A stretch of 64,000 bases of DNA, taken from positions 62,001-126,000 of the forward strand of contig NC_042997.1 in NCBI RefSeq assembly GCF_006345805.1, read 5' to 3'. The first letter of the stretch is position 1, and the number at the start of each line of letters is the position of its first letter. The position numbers and the translations under genes were made by a program. Positions 1-11,304 of this stretch are shown here, one piece after another. The notes under the pieces are model-generated. The model had not been told where the DNA came from. It ran no database searches and was given only the letters and a program-made list of their open reading frames with translations. The DNA comes from Octopus sinensis. Its lineage: Eukaryota.

Positions 1-89
1 GTGTAAACATATGTTTAGTGTACTCTGGAAGATCATTGCGTTTGTGAGAAGTTATTTTGTTAATTTAAAAAGTATTGTTTTGGAAGCTT

Positions 90-930
90 TTCTTATTTTG
101 CGACACTACTACGTAGACGAGTGTCTATGATATATACGATGACATATGAAATAAAAGCATATTAAATGTAGAAGAACATCCATCAAAGACGATATCAAAT
201 ATGACAAACCTATCTCCTTCGAAAACCGCGGACGATCATATTGTGAAAGTGCAGGCTCTGCTACTTGAAAACCGTTGCGTTGCTCTCCGTAAAGTTTCCA
301 AAGGACTAGGTTTCTTAAATGGTTGTGCTATAAGAAGATGCACGGTGTTACTGCATAACTTGTGTCGTATTTTTTGAGATGAATGAAAAGAGAACCGGGT
401 CACCCTAATGTAGGAAATGCTTGACTGTGACTAGATTCCTATTTTTGGTTATCTGTGTGTGTGTATGCCTGTGACTTCAAAACAAAAAGGCTCTTGACGG
501 CTAATCGTCACAGCAGTTTAAAAATAATCCCTTAGAGTCGCTCAAATATGAAAGTGGTGCTGGTAATATTTTTCTGATTAGAAGGACATTGCTTATGAGG
601 TTTTTGTTCCTTAGTGATACGATCGATATAAAATTTGACTTAGACAGGAAGTGGAAAAACGTGACCTGAACATTCGAAAAAGTAAAGCTTAGTTGGTGAA
701 CTATAAAAGGTATTTGCTGACACCTCATTTCTTAACCATGACTTTTAGGAAAAGTAAGAAATAACTCTTTCCCTGGTGACTCCACTTCCAAGATCTGACC
801 CTTTTAAACTCAAAGGTGACTGAAGAAATCGAAGAAAATTTGCTTCGAGAATTCTAAAATTGGAATAAACTTTGGGTAAAGAGCATCAATAGGGAAAAGA
901 ATTGTTTTGCAAGAGACACGACTAAATGAA
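90..930 (+). mobile_element. Highly decayed mariner-type transposase remnant
   Basis: Broken-frame translations in mariner order: RTSIKDD (173-193), VKVQALLLENRCVALRKV, DIAYEVFVP (compare EFVP), a DL-containing SPDLAP-like remnant near 790 and W..LWVKSINREKNCF (C-terminal W..RW.KCI-like). No TIRs found. Confidence 0.55.
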
Positions 931-1250
931 TTTTACGTAAAACAATAAATTTACGTTTTCAAGGAGTCTGTTTTGGACAGGCTTCGTGTTTATATATATA
1001 TATATATATATATATATTAACACGAAACCTATATATATATATATATATATATATACATAAAAATGTTTCTATGCATATATGTATGCATGTATATGTCTCT
1101 TTACATACCTACCTCACTGCTTGGCTACCTGTCTGTCTGTCTGTTTATCTGGCCATCTACATGTCTGCCTATCTATTCTCCATTCTCTTTCTCTTTCTAT
1201 ATGTGTATATATTAATGCTATACCTACATGCATACATATACATACATGTG

Positions 1251-1329
<79 letters not shown>

Positions 1330-2464
1330 ATATGTATATACAATGGTACGCACACCGGTGTGAGAGAAAATAAATTAGGAGAGCGCAACAGGATTTTATT
1401 CAAACGCTGCAATAGCGGAAAGCCTGTTTAATATTGTACGTAGCAGGTAACTAATGCATCTTATCTTACCACCAAATTGAAGAACTTTCTGTCATTTGGT
1501 CTGCAGTACAACGATAATTTCTTGGTAATCCGAAGCCGTGCGACTGTTTCGACTTACCTAACTTAAATGGAGCTATAACTTCCTCAAAGCTGCACAACTC
1601 TACACTTTTCTATCCCAAGTATCCCTATAAAGTACACCATGCAGCGACGTAGCTTACAGCTTGAAGCGAGTAACTTATTGCATTAATAATGAAGGCTTCG
1701 CAAGCTTGTAGTCGAGTTTTCCTATTCCTTCATTTCTCCTGGTGATACGTGCCAGGATTGAATACAGACTCGCCTAATATATTCCTTTAATTATAGAATT
1801 TATGTATCATTGATCATTAGGTCTTCCAAAGCTAATAAAACCTAATAATGTTGCCTTGAAGCTTAACTAGCACTACAATTTTTCGTTCTCAGCCAAAGTC
1901 ACTTGCTTGAATTAGCCAGGGAAATATTAGTTTCAGTTGATTAAATCAAACCCATTACTACATTTGTAATTTATTATACACACCTCGAACTGATGCAAGC
2001 ATAGTGAAACACAGCGTGATTTGAACTCCGTACGTAAAATCGCGAAAAAAAAGAGAGCTGACAATCTGAATAATGGCCTTCACTTGGATCAATTAACTTG
2101 CATACACGATGCAAGGATGCACATACGCGCGCACACATAGACTTTCGTAAACAAAAGCATTCAGGAAATTCTGGGGTAATATGACAGAGATATATTAATC
2201 AAATAAAAAGAGAGAAAGAAATGGAAAGAGAAAGAGACCAAGAGAGAGGGAGAGAAAGACCAAGAGAGAGATAGAGAGAGAGAGAAAGAGAGAGAGAAAG
2301 AGAGGGAGAAGTTAGCTTTCAACGGAGTCAGAACGTACTTACAAATTGCATAAATAGCAAGTCTACCTACTTGCAAATCTTATATATATGCATATGTACG
2401 TGTGCGCATGTGTATATATGTATGTGCGAGAGTATTTACATATAAGTATACCACACATAATGTG

Positions 2465-2501
<37 letters not shown>

Positions 2502-2628
2502 GTGTGTGTATGTGTATACATTAGCATACACCTACATATAAAGGGCAAATAAAATAATACTTCCGTTTTATAAGTACAGACACATACTTTCTCTTTCTCT
2601 CTATATCTCTCTCTCTTACACACACATA

Positions 2629-2685
<57 letters not shown>

Positions 2686-3016
2686 AATGGTCTTTATAGC
2701 TCGTTAAAAGTAGTAGGTGCCTGTAAGCAATTTCCCAGTATGTTTCATTTAATTACGCTTTTTAATTACCCGATCAGATTAGATTTATTATAATGATTAT
2801 AATAACGTTGAAGACTTCAATTTTGCAACTATTATAGTTTAGAAATAAAAAAAAAAGGTAATTTACTATCTAGCTGGTTACCTGTGTCTGTTTACATTGC
2901 CAATGGACAGTCAGCTTTATACCTTCAAATAGACAAATATTACGAATAACATTGTGAAGCCAAGTGGCCAAGTAAATTTGAAAACTGATACCAAACGAAC
3001 TTTGAATTGTACTACG

Positions 3017-3280
3017 CATGTATGTATGTATGTATGTATGTATGTATGTATGTATGTATGTATGTATGTATGTATGTATGTATGTATGTATGTATGTATG
3101 TATGTATGTATGTATGTATGTATGTATGTATGAATGTATGTTTGTATGAATGTATGTATGTATGTATGAATGTATGTATGTATGTATGTATGTATGTATG
3201 TATGAATGCATGTTTGTATGTATGTATGTATGTATGTATGTATGAATGTATGAATGTATGTATGTATGTATGTATGTATG

Positions 3281-3314
<34 letters not shown>

Positions 3315-3484
3315 CGTATGAATGTATGTTTGTATGAATGTATGTATGTATGTATGAATGTATGTATGTATGTATGTATGTATGAATGCATGTATGTATG
3401 TATGTATGTATATATGTATGTATGAATGTATGTATGTATGTATGTATGTATGTATGTATGCATGCATGTATGTATGTATGTATG

Positions 3485-3518
<34 letters not shown>

Positions 3519-3792
3519 TGTATGTATGTATGTATGTATGTATGTATATATGTATGTATGAATGTATGTATGTATGTATGTATGTATGTATGTATGTATG
3601 TATGTATGTATGTATGTATGTTTGTATGAATGTATGTATGTATGTACGTATCTATGTATGAATGTATGTATGTATGTATGTATGTATGTATGTATGTATG
3701 TATGTATGTATGTTTGTATGTATGCATGCATGTATGTATGTATGTATGTATGTATATATGTATGTATGAATGTATGTATGTATATATGTATG

Positions 3793-3824
<32 letters not shown>

Positions 3825-3882
3825 TATATGTATGTATGAATGTATGTATGTATGTATGAATGTATGTATGTATATATGTATG

Positions 3883-3914
<32 letters not shown>

Positions 3915-4285
3915 TGTATGTATGTATGTATGTATGTATGTATGTATGTATGAATGTATGTATGTATGAATGTATGTATGTATGAATGTATGTATGTATG
4001 TATGTATGTATGTATGTATGTATGTATGTATGTATGTATGTATGTATGTATATATGTATGTATGAATGTATGTATGTATGTATGTATGTATGTATGTATG
4101 TTTGTATGAATGTATGTATGTACGTATCTATGTATGAATGTATGTATGTATGTATGTATGTATGTATGTATGTATGTATGTACGTATCTATGTATGAATG
4201 TATGTATGTACTATCTATGTATGAATGTATGTATGTATGTATGTATGTATGTATGTATGTATGTATGTATGTTTGTATGTATGTA
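3017..4285. repeat. About 1.27-kb (TATG)n tetranucleotide array with variant units
   Basis: Direct reading; variant units GAAT, TTTG, TATA, CATG and TACG/TCTA are interspersed. It explains all MYVC/HTYI ORFs. Confidence 0.98.
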
Positions 4286-4600
4286 TACATACGTATGCAC
4301 GTTTGCACATACGTATTCACGTATTCATGTATCTTTGTGTATATATGTGTGTGTGTTTTTGTTTTTGTGTTCGTATGTGTGTGTATGTTTATATCCGTGT
4401 ATGTGATGTTACAAATATCAATATTTATCATATCTGTAATTGAGAACACTGCAAATTTAATTACGCATACTCACATTCAAATATACGCACTCATATTTTA
4501 TGTATACACCTATGATATATACATGTATATGTAAATGTATGTTTCTTTATGTGTTTGAGTGTATGTGTGCGCGCGCACATACACACACACACATACACAC

Positions 4601-4670
<70 letters not shown>

Positions 4671-5640
4671 ATGTATCTATGTATCTTTGTATGTATATAT
4701 TTTCCGTCCTTCCATTTACGTTTGCTCCTGCTGAACGTTCACAAAATCATTTCATTCAATCGTTTCCATTCAATAGAATTTTTTTTTTCACGGAAATTAC
4801 TTCAATGAAACAAGATATTCAAAACTACATTTTATATCCTGCCTTATTCATGTTTGGTGAGATTCTTGTTTACTGTTATTCAGATTTTACTTTGGATGGA
4901 CAGTTCGCTTCTTTACCAATACCACTGGTGTAAATATACACAAGACAGAATCATTGTCGAGAATTTCTATAAGTTGATGCAGGTCTTGAATTTGTCTTCA
5001 ACCTTAATTCTTTTTTTTTATTTTTACAATTTTTCTTTGAAACTTTCAGTAGTTTGTAATCATTTCAGGTTTAAGTCACATTTTTTGATTTCATATTTAA
5101 TGTTGATATTGAATAGCATTATTTCATTTCTTTATGAGTATCTTTTTATGTACTATCTATCTATCTTTTTGGCTGTCGCCTTTTTTCGTCTGCGTAAATC
5201 TAAACAATTTATGTGCATTTGTATTGAATTTTGTCAATAGTTATTTAACAACATCTGCTTTCACGTGAGCGAATTGCTCACACAAAAGTTCACCTTTTAA
5301 GGGTGTAGTCTTCGAATTTTAAATTTCATTTAAAAACATTTTCAATCTGTGCTGAAAATGAATAGCTTTTCTGAAGATACCAGCGTTCCTGTGTCCCATT
5401 TCGACATGAATGCTTTTCCCCTACTGACAAACGCTGCGAAAAAGAAAGAAAGCATGAACTTACATTCATACACACACACACACAGAGTCAAACAGCGTCG
5501 TTACACATTCTGACACTAGCGTCCGTACTAACAAGGTAGGGAAGGAAGTTAACAACAATGAATACATATCTATTCATACCCTCGCCACCATCACCACCAC
5601 CACCACCACCACCACCAAGGGCAAAAAATGTGCCACAGCT

Positions 5641-6032
5641 GAAATCAGATTTAACACACAAGGGCAAATAGAAGCTTACTCTATACAGTCACTAGAGAGC
5701 GAAAAAGTCGTAATGTTTCCTACGTACCTAGGTCATCGGGTTACAAAAATAAAAATTAAAGATGTACCCTCTGAAATAGAAGCACGATGGCTGGTGTCAG
5801 CCATCTGCTACAATTTCGAGGAAGTTATTAGCATCTTAAAAATTGCCGTCCCCGATCAACAAAACTGGACAGGTCAGGCGTTCGAACTTTTGGTTCAAAT
5901 AGATTAAGTGTCGATAGAAAATGTGCCAGATCTTATAAAACTGCCGGACGGTACCACCTTACATGTAGCAGTTGAAAGCAGAAGACTACGCTGTCACCTT
6001 TGTGTTAGTAAAAACCAACTAAAAATTGATTG
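5641..6032 (+). pseudogene. Tx1-type ORF1 (gag-like, CCHC knuckle) remnant
   Basis: In frame EIRFNTQGQIEAYSIQSLESEKVVMFPTYLGHR...QID*VSIENVPDLIKLPDGTTLHVAVESRRLRCHLC. The knuckle His and last Cys are decayed (Q, TGA). Confidence 0.7.
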
Positions 6033-6689
6033 AACAACAATAAAGGAACAACAGGAACAACAATAACAACAACAACAACAACAACAACAACAAAAACAGC
6101 AACAGCAGTAACAACAACAAAAAAACACTACCCGCAAACCAGTACTGTTATCCACACCACCATCAGTGCAACAAATGAGAGAGCTCCACAAACGGATGAA
6201 ACAGCTCCACAAAACAACAAACCAACTGAACTAACCCGACCAATCAACACAACCAACAGCAGAAGCAACACAACCAACAGCAGAAGCAACACCACCAGCA
6301 CTAGCACCACCACCACCACCACCACCACCACCACCACCATCACCATCACCACCTCCAATGCTAACTGCGATCAACACAAACAATTTGGATCTGATGCAAT
6401 ACATCAGGTCGCACACCGACATAAGTGAAAACAGTTACAAAACGGCCACCGAAGCGCAACGCCACCACAAAACATTAAAATACTACACACCACACAAAAC
6501 ACATACACTAATGAAATCTCTTTACTCTAATGCAGTAGGGAGATTTCAAAGTGATTTGTCAAAAAAACTATACGAAAATCTCTTCACGGAAACTGAGGAG
6601 GAAAATTCCCTGCATTCGGAACAGCGATTCTCTTTCTCTCTTTCCCACCTTCTCTTTTTGTTTTGTGTCTGAATTACAACTTTTGCCAG

Positions 6690-8540
6690 ATTTATGCTCA
6701 AATGAGCGTGGCTCGGGGTCGACTTGGAAACAAGGTTACATGTTAAACGACATCAAGTCACAAAAATGTAGATATCAAAGCCATCAGCTGAACCAGACTC
6801 TCCAACCCGCGCACCCTCCAGCCCATGTTTGGCAGATAATTCGAAATTTATTTCCCCCCGATTCTGCCGAGATTGGGCGGTGGTGGTACTGCGGTGCTTT
6901 TTCGAAAGTCTGGATCTGAAAGTAAGGGCAGTATTCCTAGACCCGGAGGAAGGCTCGTGTCCTTGGATGTCGATGGCTGTGCTTTCTGACTAATAACGGT
7001 GTACGCACCGTTCTTATCAGGTCGGGCGGATTTCGTTCGACGTCTAGAGGTTTTCCTGGGAACGTCTCGACCTTTAATTTTAGCGGGAGATTGGAACGCT
7101 ACCTTGGACACACATTTAGACTATATGGTTAGAGACAGGAAGAGAAGAGGGGATGCAAATGTCTCATAGACCTGCTCAGACGTTTCCAACTGTCTGATAG
7201 GTACCGAATGGACTACTTGAATATGCCAATGTGGACATGCACCAACCGCATCGGGTCGCCCAGATCGTATTTATATAGAGTATTCTGTAGGACAGTGGAT
7301 AGGGATAGTGTAGGTTGTCTACAATTTCATATAGTCAGTTACACACATAAATTCGTGACTTGTATGATAGACTTAGATGAGAATCATAGGCAGGGTCTCG
7401 ATTACTGGCAGCTGAACGCGTCTTTCCCGGCACGACAGGCTTACAGAAACCAGATTAGTACATTAGTTAAGAGGGCGTTGACCGGGAGCATCATCAACAA
7501 CAAATGGTGGTTTGCCCTAAAGAGAGCAACCCAAGCAGAAAGATTAGGTATAGCAAGGCTTTAGCAATAGACCGAAATAGAATAGAAGGGAACTTAGTTA
7601 AGAAATGGGAAAGTGTACTTAGAACTGGCATCACGTCCAACATGCTAGCGGTGAGGTTGGCCCTTCACCAACAATTCAACGAAGGGGATCTTAGGGAAAA
7701 TAGATTGAGAAACATAGCTCTAGAGCCACTACTGCGGAAGCTGGTGACGCTAAGGGGCATCCCGCTAGAATTGGGATTCGGGAGGAGCATGTCTGCATAC
7801 GCGGCCGATGTTACCGTCATAGTGTCGAGCCACAGGCATATCGACCAGGTCGGCGAGGCACTAGAAGAATATGAAGCGGTAACGGGAGCGAAAATTAACC
7901 CGGAAAAGTCAGTGGGATTGCGGTTAGGCACCTGCAGAAGCAAGCCCATGCCGTACAACAGCGTCTCCATCGTAGGACACTGGACCACTGCACCGGTTAA
8001 ATTGCTCGGGGTTTGGTTCGGTCCAGACCTCCAAATAGAGGAGAATTGAGACTAGACAACGAATAGGGTGCCCAATCTCACCCAGCAATGGGCCGAGAGG
8101 AAGCTATCTCTAAAAGGCCGGGCTAGGTGGCAATTGCGTACATCGCATCCGTCTTTAATACCGTCTGACCGTCGTGCCTTGTCCCGACGCCACCATCACA
8201 ATACTGGAGCGCATACACTTCCGCTTTTTGTGGAAGGGAAGCATTCTGATGGTCAGGTGATCCATTTACTGTCAACATCCGCTAAATGGAGGGCTGGGCA
8301 TGCAGTGGTTAATGTTGAGCAAACATGCGATGAGACTGCGACATCTCCAGCGTTTCATAGACGACTGTGAACAGATGTGGTCGCCGTCTGTGAGACGCAC
8401 TTTCCAGCGGTGTGTCTCTTTGACCGAACAGGTACCGTTTAAGACTGAAGGGGGGACATTGCTTCCCTTCTTCGAGGTGAAAAGACGCAGTTGTGCGTCG
8501 ATAGCCAACTGGAAAAGATGTTTTTCCTGGTGCTAAAAAA
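6690..8540 (+). pseudogene. Tx1-type ORF2 (APE endonuclease plus partial reverse transcriptase) remnant
   Basis: ORFs 7208-7564 and 7504-8049 plus manual translation of 6690-7130. The N-terminal RT motifs are missing at a junction near 7715. Confidence 0.85.
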
Positions 8541-8878
8541 GGTAGTAACATTGTCCTAATAAGGAATGCCACTTTACGTTGGCAAATAGACTTTACCCTG
8601 TAGTACTGTTACTACTTATTTTTCGCTGAGAGATTTATGCTTCTTTCAGTCATTTGACTGCGGCCATGATAAAACATCACCTTGAAGGGTTTTAGTAAAA
8701 AAAAATCGATCCCAGGATTTACTTTTTGAGTCTAGTACTTATTCTGTCGGTCTCTTTTGCCGAACCCCTAAGTTACAGAAACTTAAGCACAAAAACACAG
8801 GTTGTTAAGCGGTGGTGAGGAGACAAACACAGACGTAGACACACACACACATATACACATGCATATATATATATATAT

Positions 8879-8910
<32 letters not shown>

Positions 8911-8911
<1 letters not shown>

Positions 8912-9043
8912 GGGAGAGTTTACGAAAAAAACAAAAGCCGAAGACAGGTGGTGTAACGCTCAGGAATAGTAAAAGTCTTTTACGTTTCGAGCCTACGCTC
9001 TTCTACAGAAAGGGACACAGAAAAAACAAGCAGAGAAACAAGG

Positions 9044-9047
<4 letters not shown>
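8911..9047 (-). mobile_element. Short PLE 3'-terminal fragment carrying a hammerhead-like motif, flanked by (TA)n
   Basis: Shares CGAAGACAGGTG and the GTCTT..ACGTTT.GA.CCTACGCTC block with the PLE terminus at 23770-23900. Confidence 0.7.
8977..9012 (-). ncRNA. Minimal type I hammerhead-like motif with U at core position 6
   Basis: Minus strand reads CUUU-CUGUAGA-A-GAGC(GUAG)GCUC-GAA-ACGU-A-AAAG: 4-bp stem I, 4-bp stem II, palindromic ACGU stem III and a GUA triplet. Confidence 0.55.
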
Positions 9048-9076
<29 letters not shown>

Positions 9077-9255
9077 GACGGGCTTCTTTCAGTTTTCGTT
9101 TACCAAATCCAGTCACAAACTATTGGTTGGCTCGAGGCTATATTAGAAGACACTTGCCCAAGGTGCCATGCAGTCCCACTGCGTGGGACTGAATTCTGCA
9201 ACATTTGGTCGGGAAGCAAGCTTCCTATCACACAGTCATGCCTATATATATACAC

Positions 9256-9305
9256 ACACGCACATGAATTCTTGTGTATATACCTATATTTGCATATGTA
9301 CATCT

Positions 9306-9345
<40 letters not shown>

Positions 9346-9411
9346 ACATATATATATATACAGATGTACATATGCAAATATAGGTATATACACAAGAATT
9401 CATGTGCGTGT
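9256..9411. repeat. Perfect 53-bp inverted repeat with 50-bp (CA)n/(TA)n spacer
   Basis: Arms 9256-9308 and 9359-9411 are exact reverse complements; the ORF track shows identical MYIPIFAYVHLY starts on both strands. Confidence 0.95.
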
Positions 9412-9656
9412 ATGTGCGAGTGTGTATACGTAAATTTGTGTAAATTATTTGCGCCTAAATATGTTTTTGAACATGTTAGATAAAAGTAATTTGAACAAAG
9501 AACTAATTATCAGATAACAGACCAATCTATATTTGTTGTCGAACAAAATTATTTTCAATAGAAATAACATACTGCTACTGTTACTGATATAGCTTACGTG
9601 TAGTCATCAACACATTTCGATACTATACCCCCCTCCCATACCCAAAATTAATTCGC

Positions 9657-9805
9657 TGGCGCAGGATGTGGCTGTGAGGCTAGAAGCTTGCTTCTCAACA
9701 TGGTTCTGGATTCAGTCCTACTGCGTGGTACCATGGGCAAGTGTGTTCTACTAGAGCCTCGGGCCCTCGAAACTGGATTTAGTGAGCGAAGGCTGGAGGA
9801 AGCCG

Positions 9806-9810
<5 letters not shown>
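9657..9810 (+). mobile_element. SINE family 1, decayed 5' part
   Basis: GGCGCAGGATGTGGCTGTG...GGATTCAGTCC...GGGCAAGTGTG matches the family head. Confidence 0.8.
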
Positions 9811-9845
<35 letters not shown>

Positions 9846-9846
9846 G

Positions 9847-10256
9847 TATTCTTTTATTCTTTTACTTGTTTCAATCATTTGACTGAGGTCATGCTGGTGC
9901 ACCGCTTTTCAGTCGAAGAAATCGATCCCCGGACCTATTCCTTGTAAGCCTGATACTTATTCTATCGGGCTCTTCTGCATAAACCCCTAAATTACGGGGG
10001 CGTAAACACACCAAGATCGGTTGTTAAGCAATGGTGTGTGTGTGGGAAGTAACATAGACAAAAAGACACACACACATACACACGCATATATATATATGAC
10101 GGGCTTCTTTCAGTTTCCGACTACCAAATATACTCACAAGGCTTTGGTCGGCCCGAGGCTATAGTAAACGATACTTGCCCAAGGTGCCACGTAGTGGCAC
10201 TGAACCCGTCACCACGTGATTGGGAAGTAAGCTACTTACTACACAGCCACGCCTGC
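9847..10256 (-). mobile_element. SINE family 1, full length
   Basis: Collinear reverse complement of 25074-25483, including the internal microsatellite. Confidence 0.9.
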
Positions 10257-10289
10257 ATATATATACATATACATACATATATATATATA

Positions 10290-10515
10290 TGTATGTGCGT
10301 GTATTTGTCCCCCAACACCGCTTGACAATCGGTGCTGGTGTGTTTACGCTCCCGTAACTAAACGGTTCGGTATGAGACCAATAAAATAAGTACCAGGCTT
10401 TGCAAAAAAAAAAAAAAAAAGAAGATATATAAGGACTGGGGCTGATTCGTTCGACTGAAATTCTTCAAGACGGTGCCCCAGCATAAACGCACTCTAATGA
10501 TTGAAACAAATAAAT
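10290..10515 (+). mobile_element. SINE family 1, 3' half
   Basis: GCTTGACAATCGGTGCTGGTGTGTTTA...GGTGCCCCAGCAT matches the family 3' half. Confidence 0.8.
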
Positions 10516-10758
10516 GGTAAAAGGTAATTTCTTTACTTCAAATTACCTATAATTATATTTGAAGAACTGGGACCATATTATTGTTACGCCCTTCTTGTCG
10601 AAATGCAGCATGAATAGTTTTGTGCGTAGAACGAGAAGCCTTTTTTGAATGAATTTTTTTGAACGTTGAAGAATTATATTCTGAACATTGACATTTTCTC
10701 TCTACGTTATATTCTGTTACCTATGTTTTTTAAAAATTATTTGCTTACATAATGTGTC

Positions 10759-11285
10759 AAGCTGGCGGAAATTTTAGCGTGCCGTACAAAATGTTTAGCG
10801 GTATTTCGTCTGACGTTACGTTCAGATTCCGCCGAGGTCTATTTTACCTTTCATCTTTTCGGGGTCGGTGAAGGCACGTAGCTTAGTGGTTAGGGAATTC
10901 AGCTTACGATCGTATGCTTTTGGACGCGTTGTATCCTAAAGCAAGACACTTTATTTCACATTGCTCCAGTCCACTCAACTGACAAAAATGAGTAGTACCT
11001 GTATTTCAAATGGCCAGCTTTGTCAGAGTCTGTGTCACGCTGAATCTCCATGGGAACTACTTCAAATATGAACGTGTTTGTGAAGTGTTCAGTCACTAGC
11101 ATGTTAAGTTCACGAGCAAGCTGTTCCGTTGATCGAACCAACTGGAACTTTGTCGTAACCGACGGAGTACCTGTCTTTCGGGGTCGATAAAATAAGTACT
11201 AATTGAGCACTGCGGTCGATAAAGACCAGTTGGGGTCGATAAAATCTACAGGTCCCTTCCCGAAAATTTCAGTATATGTGCCTTT
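10759..11285 (+). mobile_element. SINE family 2 copy interrupted by a nested family 3 SINE
   Basis: Family 2 sequence stops at TTTCGGGGTCG (10857-10867) and resumes at the same 11-mer (11176-11186). Confidence 0.8.
10868..11175 (+). mobile_element. tRNA-derived SINE (family 3), nested, with 11-bp TSD
   Basis: tRNA-like head GGCACGTAGCTTAGTGGTTAGGG; flanked by the direct repeat TTTCGGGGTCG. Confidence 0.8.
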
Positions 11286-11304
11286 TGTAGAAAGGATTAC
11301 TTAC

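Larger units (their letters stand above)
5610..8545 (+). mobile_element. L1/Tx1-clade non-LTR retrotransposon, internally deleted and inactive
   Basis: ORF1 remnant ends in a zinc knuckle RRLRCHLC..KNQLKID*. ORF2 has APE motifs (VDIKAIS*TRL, ITVYAP, LILAGDWNA, YTHKF near SDH, YWQLN) and RT motifs IALEPLLRKL, SAYAADVTVIV (YADD decayed) and YEAVTGAKINPEKS. Multiple stops and frameshifts. Confidence 0.9.
8640..9243 (-). mobile_element. tRNA-derived SINE (family 1), split by an insertion in its internal microsatellite
   Basis: 3' half (8640-8850) and 5' half (9077-9243) match the reverse complement of the intact copy at 25074-25483. Confidence 0.85.

Noticed and set aside
1535-1592. Minus-strand UUGAGGA...GAAACAGUC hammerhead-like string
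   Set aside because: No convincing stem II, and the stem I register is offset.
1558-1624. Minus-strand segment with good AG and GTAAGT splice signals
   Set aside because: Stops in all three frames; at most a non-coding exon, with no support.
1071-4933. Long ORFs such as [16 protein letters not shown] and YIYIYI (also at 9-19 kb, 31-32 kb, 37 kb and 52-54 kb)
   Set aside because: Stop-free translations of (TATG)n, (TA)n, (CA)n, (TCTA)n and (ATT)n microsatellites; no coding evidence.
4790-4933. Protein-like peptide MKQDIQNYILYPALFMFG... with nearby splice-like sites
   Set aside because: No recognisable family motif, several competing frames and no partner exons.
6030-6428. Thr-rich mucin-like ORF
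   Set aside because: (ACA)n/(ACC)n low-complexity linker inside the Tx1 element.
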